Source: Eubacteriales bacterium
GTDB taxonomy: Bacteria > Bacillota > Clostridia > Oscillospirales > CAG-272
Reading direction: 5' to 3'
Assembly: GCA_045656445.1 (NCBI GenBank)
Contig: JAZORD010000052.1
Location: forward strand, 9,494 to 73,493
Length of the DNA stretch: 64,000 nt
Under the pieces are notes generated by a model, which made no database searches, was not told where the DNA came from, and saw nothing but the letters and a program-made list of their open reading frames with translations. Numbering within the stretch: position 1 is the stretch's first letter; every line of letters begins with the position of its first letter. Made by a program: the position numbers and the translations under genes. Of the stretch, positions 48,443 through 58,359 are shown piece by piece.

Positions 48443-49588
48443 ATGTATAATAACAGAGACAGAGTTATATTGCTTCTTTTAATATTAACTCTCATTTTTT
48501 CGCTTTTCACGATATTTATATCCTCGGAAAGCACACCATCGGTAAGCGCAAGAGCCGCGGCTCTTTACGAACCCGAAACCGAGAGCTTTCTTTATTTAAA
48601 GAATGAGAACGAACGGCTCGGCATGGCAAGTACGACAAAAATAATGACGGCAATTCTCGCACTTGAGCTTCTTGACCCGAGCGAAAGCGTTGCCGTCGAC
48701 CCTCGTGCTGTCGGAATCGAGGGCTCGTCTATTTATCTTTCGGCAGGTGAGGTTATGAGCGCATCCGACCTCGTGTACGCAGTGCTTTTACAAAGCGCAA
48801 ACGATGCAGCCGCCGCGCTTGCATATAAAATTTCGGGCAGCATAGAAGCTTTCGCTGACCTCATGAATGAAAAGGCTCGCTCCTTTGGTCTTGAAAACAC
48901 TAATTTCACAAATCCGCACGGTCTTGACGACAAAAATCATTACACAACGGCGCACGACCTTGCCATTATTTCGGCAAACGCGCTGAAAAACAATAAATTC
49001 CAAGAGATTTCCTCTACTTACAAAAAAGAGGTTACCAGCTCGAACACAACCCGTATTCTCGTAAATCACAATAAAATGCTGAAAACCTACGAGGGATGCA
49101 TAGGTGTAAAAACAGGCTACACAAAAAAATGCGGACGATGCCTTGTGAGTGCAGCAAAAAGAGATGAGCTCACAATGATAAGCGTTACGATAGACGCGCC
49201 AAGCGACTGGTCAGACCACGAAAAGCTCCTTAACTACGGTTATTCTCTGCTTGAAGCCAGAACGCTTGCCTATCCCGGTGAATTCACCTATAATCTTCCC
49301 GTTATATGTGGAGATGCAGAAAAAATCACAGTGACAAACGATGAATATATCAAACGCATATTTGCTAAGGGTGAGTCAGATGTAAAAACCCATATCAAGC
49401 TGTCAAGGTATGTTGCAGCTCCCATTACCGAGGGTGATATTATCGGTGAGGTAGTATTTACAAGAAACGGCGAGAAAATAGCCGCGGTAAATCTCGTAGC
49501 AAAAAATACTGTTAACGAAATAAAAAAAAGAAAAGGATTCTTTTCCAACTTAACAAAAGAGAATTTAAGACAACAAACTAAGGACTAA
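48443..49588 (+). CDS. D-alanyl-D-alanine carboxypeptidase (S11, DacB/DacF-like)
   Basis: 381 aa. Signal/TM N-terminus, ASTTK (SxxK), SAND (SxN), KTGYT (KTG), and a C-terminal PBP5 domain. Confidence 0.9.
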   Translation: MYNNRDRVILLLLILTLIFSLFTIFISSESTPSVSARAAALYEPETESFLYLKNENERLGMASTTKIMTAILALELLDPSESVAVDPRAVGIEGSSIYLSAGEVMSASDLVYAVLLQSANDAAAALAYKISGSIEAFADLMNEKARSFGLENTNFTNPHGLDDKNHYTTAHDLAIISANALKNNKFQEISSTYKKEVTSSNTTRILVNHNKMLKTYEGCIGVKTGYTKKCGRCLVSAAKRDELTMISVTIDAPSDWSDHEKLLNYGYSLLEARTLAYPGEFTYNLPVICGDAEKITVTNDEYIKRIFAKGESDVKTHIKLSRYVAAPITEGDIIGEVVFTRNGEKIAAVNLVAKNTVNEIKKRKGFFSNLTKENLRQQTKD

Positions 49589-49591
49589 ATT

Positions 49592-50317
49592 ATGGAACCC
49601 ATAAGACTTCAGAAATTAATATCAGATGCAGGACTTATGTCACGCAGGTGCGCCGAAGAGGAAATAAGAAAAGGCAATGTGTCAGTGAACGGACACGTTG
49701 CCGAGCTTGGTATGAAGGTTGACCCAAAAAAAGACGTCGTTACCTTAAGAGGTAATAGAATAAATTATGTAAAGCGCGATTACACCTACATAATGATGAA
49801 TAAGCCGCGCGGATATCTTTCCAGCACCTCTGATGACAGAGGAAGAAAATGCGTCGTGGACCTTCTTGACGCCATAGATACAAGAGTTTACCCTGTTGGC
49901 AGGCTTGACCTAATCTCTGAGGGAATGCTTCTTTTAACCGATGACGGAGAACTAAAAAACAGGCTCACGCACCCAAGCCACAGTCTACCAAAGGTTTACA
50001 GAGTAAAGGTTGCCGAGAATGTAGACGAAGCAAAATATACCGTCCTTACCTCTCCAATGACGATAGACGGATATGAAATCAAGCCCGTTACCGTGAGTAT
50101 TGGTGAGAGTGACGAGAGCGGAACGGTAATGAAAATGACTCTCGTAGAGGGCAGAAACAGACAGATACGTAAAATGTGTGAGCAAGCAGGTCTTACAGTT
50201 AAAAGACTTTCGCGAGTATCTATCGGAAATCTAAAACTAAATAATCTCCCCGTCGGAAAATGGCGCTATCTGACCGCCGATGAGGTTGAGTACCTTTATA
50301 AAGCAACAAAAAAATAA
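49592..50317 (+). CDS. rluB: pseudouridine synthase, RsuA/RluB family
   Basis: 241 aa. S4 domain (RLQKLISDAGLMSRR) and GRLDLISEGMLLLTDDG catalytic motif. Confidence 0.88.
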   Translation: MEPIRLQKLISDAGLMSRRCAEEEIRKGNVSVNGHVAELGMKVDPKKDVVTLRGNRINYVKRDYTYIMMNKPRGYLSSTSDDRGRKCVVDLLDAIDTRVYPVGRLDLISEGMLLLTDDGELKNRLTHPSHSLPKVYRVKVAENVDEAKYTVLTSPMTIDGYEIKPVTVSIGESDESGTVMKMTLVEGRNRQIRKMCEQAGLTVKRLSRVSIGNLKLNNLPVGKWRYLTADEVEYLYKATKK

Positions 50318-50328
50318 GAGGCTCTCCA

Positions 50329-50721
50329 ATGTTTAAAATATCACCTATACAAGAAAAAGAAATACAGAAAAAATATGCAGAAGCTTGCGGTGTCGAGCTT
50401 TTTGAAGATTCTCTAGCTTATGCTATGATTAACCAAGAGGACGGCTCTCTTATGGGTATATCTCAGTTTGATATACGCGCCGCTTCAGGATACATATACA
50501 ATATAAGCGCGGCTATCGGATATTCGGATTTTGAAGCAATGTTTATCCTTGGCAGAGCCACAATGAATTTTATCGACCTTTGTGGCAGCCACGAATGCTT
50601 TGCGGCAAAAGATGCCGCTGACGGGAGTTTTCTCAAGGCTCTCGGATTTAAAAAGACGAATAACGAAGAGTTTTATGCCGATATGAACGGTATGTTCGAC
50701 GGCAATTGCAAGGGTCACTGA
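50329..50721 (+). CDS. hypothetical protein (weak GNAT-like C-terminal pattern)
   Basis: 130 aa with good coding look and tight spacing after rluB. LKALGFKK resembles the end of a GNAT fold, but no acetyl-CoA loop is recognisable. Confidence 0.4.
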   Translation: MFKISPIQEKEIQKKYAEACGVELFEDSLAYAMINQEDGSLMGISQFDIRAASGYIYNISAAIGYSDFEAMFILGRATMNFIDLCGSHECFAAKDAADGSFLKALGFKKTNNEEFYADMNGMFDGNCKGH

Positions 50722-50734
50722 AAATAAATATGTA

Positions 50735-50786
50735 AAAATAAGCGCTTAGCGTTTTCCGTAAAGGATACACGCTAGGCGCTTATTTT
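50735..50786. terminator. bidirectional intrinsic terminator between the convergent hypothetical gene and tgt
   Basis: aaaataagcgcttagcg / cgctaggcgcttatttt 17-bp arms flanked by A/T runs. Overlaps the tgt stop codon. Confidence 0.7.
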
Positions 50787-51927
50787 AATCCTCGCGGCGC
50801 TCCGCAAGTAAGTTATGATATTTTTGATAAAATTCCTCGTATTTTCCTTCGTCAAGAGCATCGCGTATTTTTTGCATCAGCTCGTTGTAAAAATAGAGGT
50901 TGTGAAGTACTGCAAGACGCATTCCGAGCGCCTCGCGAGCCTTGAAAAGATGGCGTATATAGGCTCTTGAATAGTTGCGGCAGGCAGGACATGAGCACTC
51001 CTCTGCTATGGGTCGTGAATCAAGCGAGTACTTTTCGTTAAGAAGATTTATTTTTCCCCGCCAAGTAAAAAGATTTCCATGGCGCGCATTTCTGCTGGGC
51101 ATAACGCAGTCAAAAAAATCAATTCCGCGGTAAACTGCTTCAACGATATTCTGCGGTGTGCCTACACCCATGAGGTATCTGGGCTTATCCTTCGGCATAT
51201 AAGGCTCTACCGTTTCGATTATATGATACATAACCTCAGCTTCCTCACCTACAGCAAGACCGCCTATTGCATATCCGTCACACTCAACCTCTCTGATTTG
51301 TTTCATATTTTCTATCCTGAGGTCTTCATACGTGCCGCCCTGGTTAATGGCGAAAAGCATCTGATTAGGATTTACAGTACCCTGTTCGGCATTGAGCCTG
51401 TCAAGCTCCGCCCGACACCGCTTAAGCCAGCGTATAGTCCTCTCGTGTGATGCCTTGACGTACTGATACGGTGCTGGGTTTTCCACGCATTCGTCAAACG
51501 CCATAGCAATAGTAGAACCTAGATTAGATTGAATACGCATTGATTCCTCAGGTCCCATAAATATTCTTTTTCCGTCTATATGAGAGTTAAATGCAACGCC
51601 CTCTTCGGTAATCTTACGAAGCTTTGCAAGCGAAAACACCTGAAATCCTCCCGAATCGGTAAGAACAGGCCTGTCCCAGTTAAAAAATTTATGAAGTCCA
51701 CCGAGCTTACGAATAAGCTCATCTCCGGGACGTATATGCAAGTGGTAGGTGTTTGATAACTCCACCTGGCAATTAACCTCTCTAAGATCCTCGGTAGATA
51801 TTCCGCCCTTGATGGCGGCAGACGTTCCCACGTTCATAAATACAGGCGTTTCAATAGTTCCATGTACTGTCTGAAATCTTGCACGTCTTGCTTTTCCCTC
51901 TTGTTTTAAGAGTGTGAATTTTCCCAT
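50785..51927 (-). CDS. tgt: queuine tRNA-ribosyltransferase
   Basis: 380 aa. LTDSGGFQV catalytic Asp region and CSCPACRNYSRAYIRHL zinc site. Confidence 0.96.
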   Translation of the reverse strand: MGKFTLLKQEGKARRARFQTVHGTIETPVFMNVGTSAAIKGGISTEDLREVNCQVELSNTYHLHIRPGDELIRKLGGLHKFFNWDRPVLTDSGGFQVFSLAKLRKITEEGVAFNSHIDGKRIFMGPEESMRIQSNLGSTIAMAFDECVENPAPYQYVKASHERTIRWLKRCRAELDRLNAEQGTVNPNQMLFAINQGGTYEDLRIENMKQIREVECDGYAIGGLAVGEEAEVMYHIIETVEPYMPKDKPRYLMGVGTPQNIVEAVYRGIDFFDCVMPSRNARHGNLFTWRGKINLLNEKYSLDSRPIAEECSCPACRNYSRAYIRHLFKAREALGMRLAVLHNLYFYNELMQKIRDALDEGKYEEFYQKYHNLLAERRED

Positions 51928-51939
51928 TTTTGCTCCAAA

Positions 51940-53880
51940 CTATTTAATTCTGTCAAACTGCCTGTCAAGCTCATTTTTTGTAAGCTTATACGCAATAGGT
52001 CTTCCGTGAGGACAAACCGTAATATCGGGCAGGCAGAGAAGCTTTGCAACCAGCCACTCGATAACCGACCTGTCATATACCCTGCCGCCTTTTATAGCAG
52101 CCTTGCAAGCAATCTGATACAGTGACTTTTCACGTCTGATTTTTTCTGTGATTTTGGGATTTCCCCGTCCCTCAACAAGCTCGTCAGCCATCTTAACGAA
52201 GAGCCCCTCGGCATCGGTTACGCTTATAGCGTCCGGAATTGCAGTAATATCAACGCATCTATCGTTTAAGGCATATTCAAATCCAACCGAGGAAAGCTCT
52301 TCCTTAAATTCGGCGGCAGCTGACAGCTCGTCCGGTGTTAAAAGCACGGACAAGGGCAAAAGAAGCGTTTGTGAAGCACCCCTTCCGTCACTTTCCCTTT
52401 TTCGTTTAAGGTCCTCAAATATAACTCTCTCGTGTGCCGCGTGCTTATCTATAATAAGAAGCTCACCGTCAACCTCTACTATAACATAGCAATCAAATGC
52501 CTCGCCTATTATTTTATGCGGCGGCGTGTCATTATCCTCTTTTAGAGTAACCGAGGACAAGTTTTCGGAAACAGGCTTAGTATTACCGTATTTCTTAAGT
52601 AGCTCAACCGAATCAAGAGGCGTCATAGCCTGGTTTTGCGCTTGTCTATCTAACGGGGGCATGGTTATCGCGCTTGCGAAATTAACAGCCCTCTCCGAAT
52701 CAGATGAAAAGGAGCGCGGCTTTGCGTATTCAAATCTCGGTGCGCTGTGCTGACCGAAGGTGTTTTCGTCTCTGCCTATCTGCTTTATTGATATTTGCTC
52801 TCCTTTGGTATCCTCTCCTATAGCGACGAAGGCTCCAAAAGGATTGCGGTCAGTTCGTTTTTTTGTTTCAAGCGAAAGCTCGGGACGGTATTCGTGCTCC
52901 TCAAGCGCTGATTTCACGGTATAATAGATTGATTCAAAAACCATTCTCTCATCTGAAAACTTGACCTCAAGCTTTGCGGGATGCACGTTCACGTCAACTG
53001 TGCCCGGATTCATTTCAAGGAACAGAACGCAGGTTGGAAAGCATTCGGGCGCTATATATGAGCTATACGCCTTTTCAATCGCCGCCATAGCGGTCATACT
53101 CTTTACGTATCTTCCGTTTATAAATACGTTCTGTAGATTTCTGTTTTTCTTGACGTTGTCGCTTCTGCCAATATATCCGTGTACGCGTATTCCGTTTGCC
53201 GTGCCCTCAGCCTTAATTAGCTTAGATGCAAAATCCTTTCCCAAAACGGCGTACACCGTATCAATAAGCTCTGAGTTTCCGGGAGTTTTGAATCTTTCCT
53301 CGCCATCAATAAGAAGCTGTATTGATATATCAGGGCGGGAAAGAGCCACCTTTTCAACCAGAGCTGCAACATTCATAGCCTCAGTTGAATCCTTTTTTAA
53401 AAATTTGCGCCTTGCGGGAACGTTATAAAACAGGTTCTCAACGACCACCGTAGTTCCGTCCGCAGCTCCAACCTCGGAAATATCCACTATATTTCCAGCC
53501 TCAGAGGTAAGCATAGTTCCCACCTCAGCATCACGAGTCTTACTTATTATAGTAAGCTCTGAAACCGAAGCTATGGCAGCAAGGGCTTCTCCTCTGAATC
53601 CAAGCGACATAATTGTTGAGAGGTCATCCTTGTTTTTGATTTTACTCGTCGCGTGACGCTTTAGAGCAACGGGAAGGTCGTCCTTTTCCATTCCGCAGCC
53701 ATTGTCGGTCACTCTGATAAGCGCAACTCCGCCGCGCTTAATTTCAGCTACTATCTCAGTCGCACCCGAATCTATTGAATTTTCTATAAGCTCCTTGAGA
53801 ACAGACGAGGGGCGTTCTACAACCTCGCCTGCAGCGATAAGATTCGCAATCTCAAAGCTTAATACGTTAATTCTTCCCAT
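51940..53880 (-). CDS. mutL: DNA mismatch repair endonuclease MutL
   Basis: MGRINVLSFEIANLIAAGEVVERPSSVLKELIENS N-terminus. Endonuclease motif DKHAAHERVIFE and CPHGRP. I prefer ATG 53880 (GGAG 8 nt upstream) over the TTG at 53892. Confidence 0.95.
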   Translation of the reverse strand: MGRINVLSFEIANLIAAGEVVERPSSVLKELIENSIDSGATEIVAEIKRGGVALIRVTDNGCGMEKDDLPVALKRHATSKIKNKDDLSTIMSLGFRGEALAAIASVSELTIISKTRDAEVGTMLTSEAGNIVDISEVGAADGTTVVVENLFYNVPARRKFLKKDSTEAMNVAALVEKVALSRPDISIQLLIDGEERFKTPGNSELIDTVYAVLGKDFASKLIKAEGTANGIRVHGYIGRSDNVKKNRNLQNVFINGRYVKSMTAMAAIEKAYSSYIAPECFPTCVLFLEMNPGTVDVNVHPAKLEVKFSDERMVFESIYYTVKSALEEHEYRPELSLETKKRTDRNPFGAFVAIGEDTKGEQISIKQIGRDENTFGQHSAPRFEYAKPRSFSSDSERAVNFASAITMPPLDRQAQNQAMTPLDSVELLKKYGNTKPVSENLSSVTLKEDNDTPPHKIIGEAFDCYVIVEVDGELLIIDKHAAHERVIFEDLKRKRESDGRGASQTLLLPLSVLLTPDELSAAAEFKEELSSVGFEYALNDRCVDITAIPDAISVTDAEGLFVKMADELVEGRGNPKITEKIRREKSLYQIACKAAIKGGRVYDRSVIEWLVAKLLCLPDITVCPHGRPIAYKLTKNELDRQFDRIK

Positions 53881-53898
53881 ATGAAACTCCAAGCATAT

Positions 53899-56529
53899 TT
53901 AATCGGCAAGCATCCTTTTCAGCTCAAACAAAAAGTTCATAGCCTCAATAGGTGTGACCGTATTTATGTCTAGCTCGCGTATTTTATCCGCAACGTCGCT
54001 GTCCTTTGATGCGATAATACCTGAAAACAAATCTGGCTCACGCGTCGAAGATGCGCCCGCGTTCTTGGGCAAGGATACGCCCACGCCATCCTCAATCTCG
54101 GAAAGTATTTCCTTTGCTCGCCGAACGACCTCATTCGGAACACCAGCCAGCTTTGCAACCTCAATACCGTAAGAATCGTCTGTTCCGCCGCGTACTATTT
54201 TCCTTAAGAATATGATTGATTCTCCGCGTTTTTTTGCCGCAATGTTGTAATTCACTATTCCCTCAAATTTATCCTCCATATCGGTAAGCTCATGATAATG
54301 AGTTGCAAAAAGAGTCTTTGCTCCGATTTTCTTTGAGTGAGTGTATTCAACAACAGCTCTTGCTATTGCCATTCCGTCAAACGTGCTCGTTCCTCTGCCA
54401 ACCTCGTCGTATATAATCAACGAGCGCCTAGTCGCATTTTTAAGTATTGTTGCCACCTCGTTCATCTCAAGCATGAAGGTGGACTGACCGGATGCAAGGT
54501 CATCAGATGCGCCTACTCGCGTAAACACCTTGTCAACCACGCCCACTCTCGCCTCACGCGCGGGAACGAACGAGCCTATCTGCGCCATAATAGTTATTAT
54601 AGCAACCTGACGCATATAAGTGGATTTACCCGCCATATTAGGACCGGTAATTATCATCATACGGTTAGCTTCTGTGTCAAGCTTGGTGTCGTTTGGAACA
54701 AAATAGCTGTCGGTGACGAACTTTTCAACAACAGGATGCCTACCGTCCTTGATGTAAACGTCTGTCGAAAGGTCTACCTCAGGACAAACGTATCCGTTTT
54801 TGGATGCAACCTCTGCTAGCGAGCGGTAAACGTCAAGCTCCGCAATAATAGCGGCGGTGCCTCTTATTCTATCGCAATTTTCCGATATAAAATTCCTAAG
54901 ACTGTTGAATATTTCGAATTCCAAGGCTACGAGCTTTTCATCAGCCGAAAATATGGTGTTTTCCATCTCCTTCAGCTCTTGGGTTATATATCTTTCGCAG
55001 TTGGTAAGCGTCTGCTTGCGTATATAACGCTCGGGCACGTCGTTAATGAATGATTTGGACACCTCTATGTAATAGCCGAAAACTTTGTTGTAAGCAACCT
55101 TAAGAGTTTTTATACCGGTCGCATCCTTCTCACGCTGCTCTATTGAAGCCATTATATCTGTGCCGTTTTCCTTTATCGCGCGGTAATAATCTACGTCGCC
55201 ATTAAACCCTTCACGTATCATTCCGCCTTCTCTTACGGTAAAGGGTGGGTTATCAACGATAGCACGTGAAAGAAGCTCAGTAATATCCTCAAGCGTATCC
55301 AGCTTTGAAATTATGCTCTTGACGGAATCGCCAGGAAGCTTGGAAACTTCAGCTTTAATTTGCGGCAGTTTCTCAATACTTTGACAAATTGCTCTCAAAT
55401 CCTTAGCGTTGGCAGTTCCGTAAACGGCCTTAGCAGTAAGTCTTTCAAGGTCAAGCATACCTGAAAGAAGCTCGGAAAGCTCGCGCCTCACCACCGTGTT
55501 TTTAACGAAATCCCCAACCGCCGACTGACGTCTTGATATAAGAACCGGGTTGACGAGCGGCTTTAATATCCACGAGCGCAAAAGACGCGCGCCCATAGCA
55601 GTCTCTGTCTTATCAAGCACCCAAAGAAGCGAACCGCGCTTTTCCTTGGTTCGCATTGATTCGGTGAGCTCAAGGTTACGCCTTGTATTTATATCTATAT
55701 CGAGGTACTGACCTCTTGAATAAACGTTCAGCTCCTTAACGAAGGTAACGTCTGTCTTTTGTGTTTCGTTTATGTAAGTCAAAAGCGCGCCGACTGACAT
55801 AATGAGCTCAGGCTCGCTGAGCTTATCTGCCTCATCGGCAAATATGCGCTTTACTAAATCTTTTGAATGTTCATAATCAAACATTCTCTTTGCGCCGTCG
55901 GAAATAAGAGTGCCAAACCTGTCACGCAAAAATGCGGTGAGCTCAGCACACTCCTCTGAGGGAAGGTTTATAATCGCCTCTCTTGGCTGATAAGCGGATA
56001 TTTCGTTTTGAACTCGTGATAAAGAATCCTTACCGTCTACAAAGGTCGCGGAAATCTCGCCCGTTGATACATCGGCAAATGAAATGGCAACCCCACTCTG
56101 CCCGTAGCAAACAGCCAAAAGAAAGTTGTTTTTGCCCTCGGACAGAAGCGCACCGTCTGTTATCGTGCCCGGTGTTACAACCCTCGTCACCTCGCGCTTA
56201 ACAAGTCCTACAGCAGCCTTTGCATCCTCGGTTTGCTCGCAAATTGCGATTTTATACCCCTTTTCTACAAGCCGCCCTACGTATACATCAGCCTTATGAA
56301 ACGGAACACCGCACATAGCCGCGCGCTTGCCGTCGCCGCAATCGCGTGAGGTGAGGGTAAGCTCAAGCTCCTTCGAAGCAATTATCGCGTCCTCATAAAA
56401 GCACTCGTAAAAGTCACCGAGGCGGTACATAAGTATATAGCCCTCGTACTCCTCCTTGACCTCAAGGTATTGCTTCATCATAGGTGTTACGGTTTTTAAT
56501 TCACTTCGTCTTTCTATGACCTCTGGCAT
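53899..56529 (-). CDS. mutS: DNA mismatch repair protein MutS
   Basis: 876 aa. TPMMKQYLEVK N-terminus, GPNMAGKST Walker A, and STF..E and TH motifs. Confidence 0.97.
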   Translation of the reverse strand: MPEVIERRSELKTVTPMMKQYLEVKEEYEGYILMYRLGDFYECFYEDAIIASKELELTLTSRDCGDGKRAAMCGVPFHKADVYVGRLVEKGYKIAICEQTEDAKAAVGLVKREVTRVVTPGTITDGALLSEGKNNFLLAVCYGQSGVAISFADVSTGEISATFVDGKDSLSRVQNEISAYQPREAIINLPSEECAELTAFLRDRFGTLISDGAKRMFDYEHSKDLVKRIFADEADKLSEPELIMSVGALLTYINETQKTDVTFVKELNVYSRGQYLDIDINTRRNLELTESMRTKEKRGSLLWVLDKTETAMGARLLRSWILKPLVNPVLISRRQSAVGDFVKNTVVRRELSELLSGMLDLERLTAKAVYGTANAKDLRAICQSIEKLPQIKAEVSKLPGDSVKSIISKLDTLEDITELLSRAIVDNPPFTVREGGMIREGFNGDVDYYRAIKENGTDIMASIEQREKDATGIKTLKVAYNKVFGYYIEVSKSFINDVPERYIRKQTLTNCERYITQELKEMENTIFSADEKLVALEFEIFNSLRNFISENCDRIRGTAAIIAELDVYRSLAEVASKNGYVCPEVDLSTDVYIKDGRHPVVEKFVTDSYFVPNDTKLDTEANRMMIITGPNMAGKSTYMRQVAIITIMAQIGSFVPAREARVGVVDKVFTRVGASDDLASGQSTFMLEMNEVATILKNATRRSLIIYDEVGRGTSTFDGMAIARAVVEYTHSKKIGAKTLFATHYHELTDMEDKFEGIVNYNIAAKKRGESIIFLRKIVRGGTDDSYGIEVAKLAGVPNEVVRRAKEILSEIEDGVGVSLPKNAGASSTREPDLFSGIIASKDSDVADKIRELDINTVTPIEAMNFLFELKRMLAD

Positions 56530-56557
56530 AATGACGAATCCTCCGTTCCAAAATTTA

Positions 56558-56956
56558 TTAGTGCGAACAACCGCCGCAGGTAGAGCAATCGTGGGTGCAA
56601 GTCGACGGGCGCTCTCCGGTTATACAGAATTTTATCTCGGCGTTCACCGATGCCATAAGGTCGTTCATCCCCTTCTGAGCGTTTGCAAACTCAATATAAA
56701 CAGGGCTTGCGGAAATTTCCTTTGTCAGCTCTTCTATTCTTGCTCTGAGGTCTGCTATCGCACGCTCGTCAGCCTCTCCGTTTTCCTTTGCGAACTCCTG
56801 ACCGAGAAGCATTCTGTCAGCCTCGTATTCTCTCATTTTAGCCTGAAGAGCTTCGTCAGCGTCAAAGGCATTTTTTGTGGCATTAAGATTTTTAATTTCC
56901 TCACTCTTGGCAATTTCCTCGCCGAGAGCATGTGCAAGTTCAATAATTTTCGTCAT
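56558..56956 (-). CDS. YlbF/YmcA-family regulator with C-terminal Cx3Cx2Cx2C motif
   Basis: 132 aa. Helical YlbF-like body (ELAHALGEEIAKSEEIKNL...). C-terminus TCTHDCSTCGGCSH. Confidence 0.7.
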   Translation of the reverse strand: MTKIIELAHALGEEIAKSEEIKNLNATKNAFDADEALQAKMREYEADRMLLGQEFAKENGEADERAIADLRARIEELTKEISASPVYIEFANAQKGMNDLMASVNAEIKFCITGERPSTCTHDCSTCGGCSH

Positions 56957-56971
56957 TGCTTTTTCATCCTT

Positions 56972-58354
56972 TTAAATTTTCTCGCCGAACAGGTCAAATG
57001 CTCCTGCCCGAATAATTTTCAAGTCTATAAATTCTCCGATATGATTTTCGTCGGAATCAAAATGCACGAGCTTGTTCGTTGCCGTGCGCGCGGTATATGT
57101 TTTCGGACCGCCGTTTTTAGATAGAGAGTCCACAAGAACTCTCTCTACCCTGTTCACATAAGGCAAGTTTTTCTCGTGGGATATTTGCCTTTGTATATCA
57201 AGAAGTTTGGTCATCCGAGCGCTCTTTATTTCGTCCGGTATCTGATTATGCATTGAGGCGGCGCGAGTTCCCTCTCTTATCGAATATATAAAGGAATACA
57301 CCATATCAAAGCGTACCCTCTCAAGCACACTCATCGTATCTAGAAAGTCCTCGTCGCTCTCACCGGGAAAACCTACGATAATATCGCTTGTGAGCGCGAG
57401 TTCCGGAACTGCACCTCTCAGCTTTTCAACAGTTGAAAGATATTTATCTATGTCATAGGTGCGGTTCATTGCGCGCAATATAGAATTGCTGCCTGATTGC
57501 AGAGGCAGGTGAAATGCCGGCGCTATTTTTCCACTGTATTTACCAAATACCTCAATAAGCCTGTCCGACACGTCCTTTGGGTGACTGGTCATAAATCTTA
57601 CTATAAAATCACCGGGTATTTTTGCAACCGACTCGATAAGCGATGCAAAATCCATATCGTATTTATACGAGTTGACGTTCTGACCGAGCAGGGTTATTTC
57701 ACGGCATCCGGAATCAATGAGCTCGCGGCACTCCCTGAGTATCTCCCGACTGTCACGGCTTCTCTCCCTGCCTCTCACGTACGGAACAATACAGTAGGAG
57801 CAAAAATTGTTACACCCGTACATAATTGAAACCCACGCCTTGTGGCCTGACGTCCTGACAGGCTTGATTCCCTCAACCACCAAGCCCTCGTCGCTGTTAA
57901 AAACGAAAGAGCGCTTTTTCTCGGATACCGCTCGCCATAAAAGCTCCGGAAATTTATATATAACCGTCGGCTCAAGAGTAAACGAAACATAAGGGTAGCT
58001 TTTCTTGATTTTTTCTGCAACATGCGGCTCCGCTGCCATACAGCCGAGGACAGCTACTACAAGGTCGCTATTATTCTTTTTTAACGCCTTAAAGCTGCCG
58101 AGTATCGAAAGCGCCTTAAGCTCTGCGTGCTGTCTGACAGCGCAAGTATTTATAACTATAAGCTCTGCCTCCTCAGGATTATCCGTCAGAGAATATCCCA
58201 TAAGCATTGCCATTCCGCGTATACGCTCACTGTCAGCTTCGTTTTGCTGACATCCAAAGGTCAAAACGTACGCTTTTTTATCAAAGCCTGAATTTATTTT
58301 ACGCACTAGCTCGGCGTACTTTTCGGTATCTGTGTTTTCAATGTTAATATTCAT
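56972..58354 (-). CDS. miaB: tRNA (N6-isopentenyl-A37) methylthiotransferase MiaB
   Basis: 460 aa. UPF0004 domain (TFGCQQNEADSE), radical SAM CNNFCSYC, and a TRAM domain. Confidence 0.93.
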   Translation of the reverse strand: MNINIENTDTEKYAELVRKINSGFDKKAYVLTFGCQQNEADSERIRGMAMLMGYSLTDNPEEAELIVINTCAVRQHAELKALSILGSFKALKKNNSDLVVAVLGCMAAEPHVAEKIKKSYPYVSFTLEPTVIYKFPELLWRAVSEKKRSFVFNSDEGLVVEGIKPVRTSGHKAWVSIMYGCNNFCSYCIVPYVRGRERSRDSREILRECRELIDSGCREITLLGQNVNSYKYDMDFASLIESVAKIPGDFIVRFMTSHPKDVSDRLIEVFGKYSGKIAPAFHLPLQSGSNSILRAMNRTYDIDKYLSTVEKLRGAVPELALTSDIIVGFPGESDEDFLDTMSVLERVRFDMVYSFIYSIREGTRAASMHNQIPDEIKSARMTKLLDIQRQISHEKNLPYVNRVERVLVDSLSKNGGPKTYTARTATNKLVHFDSDENHIGEFIDLKIIRAGAFDLFGEKI

Positions 58355-58359
58355 ACTTA

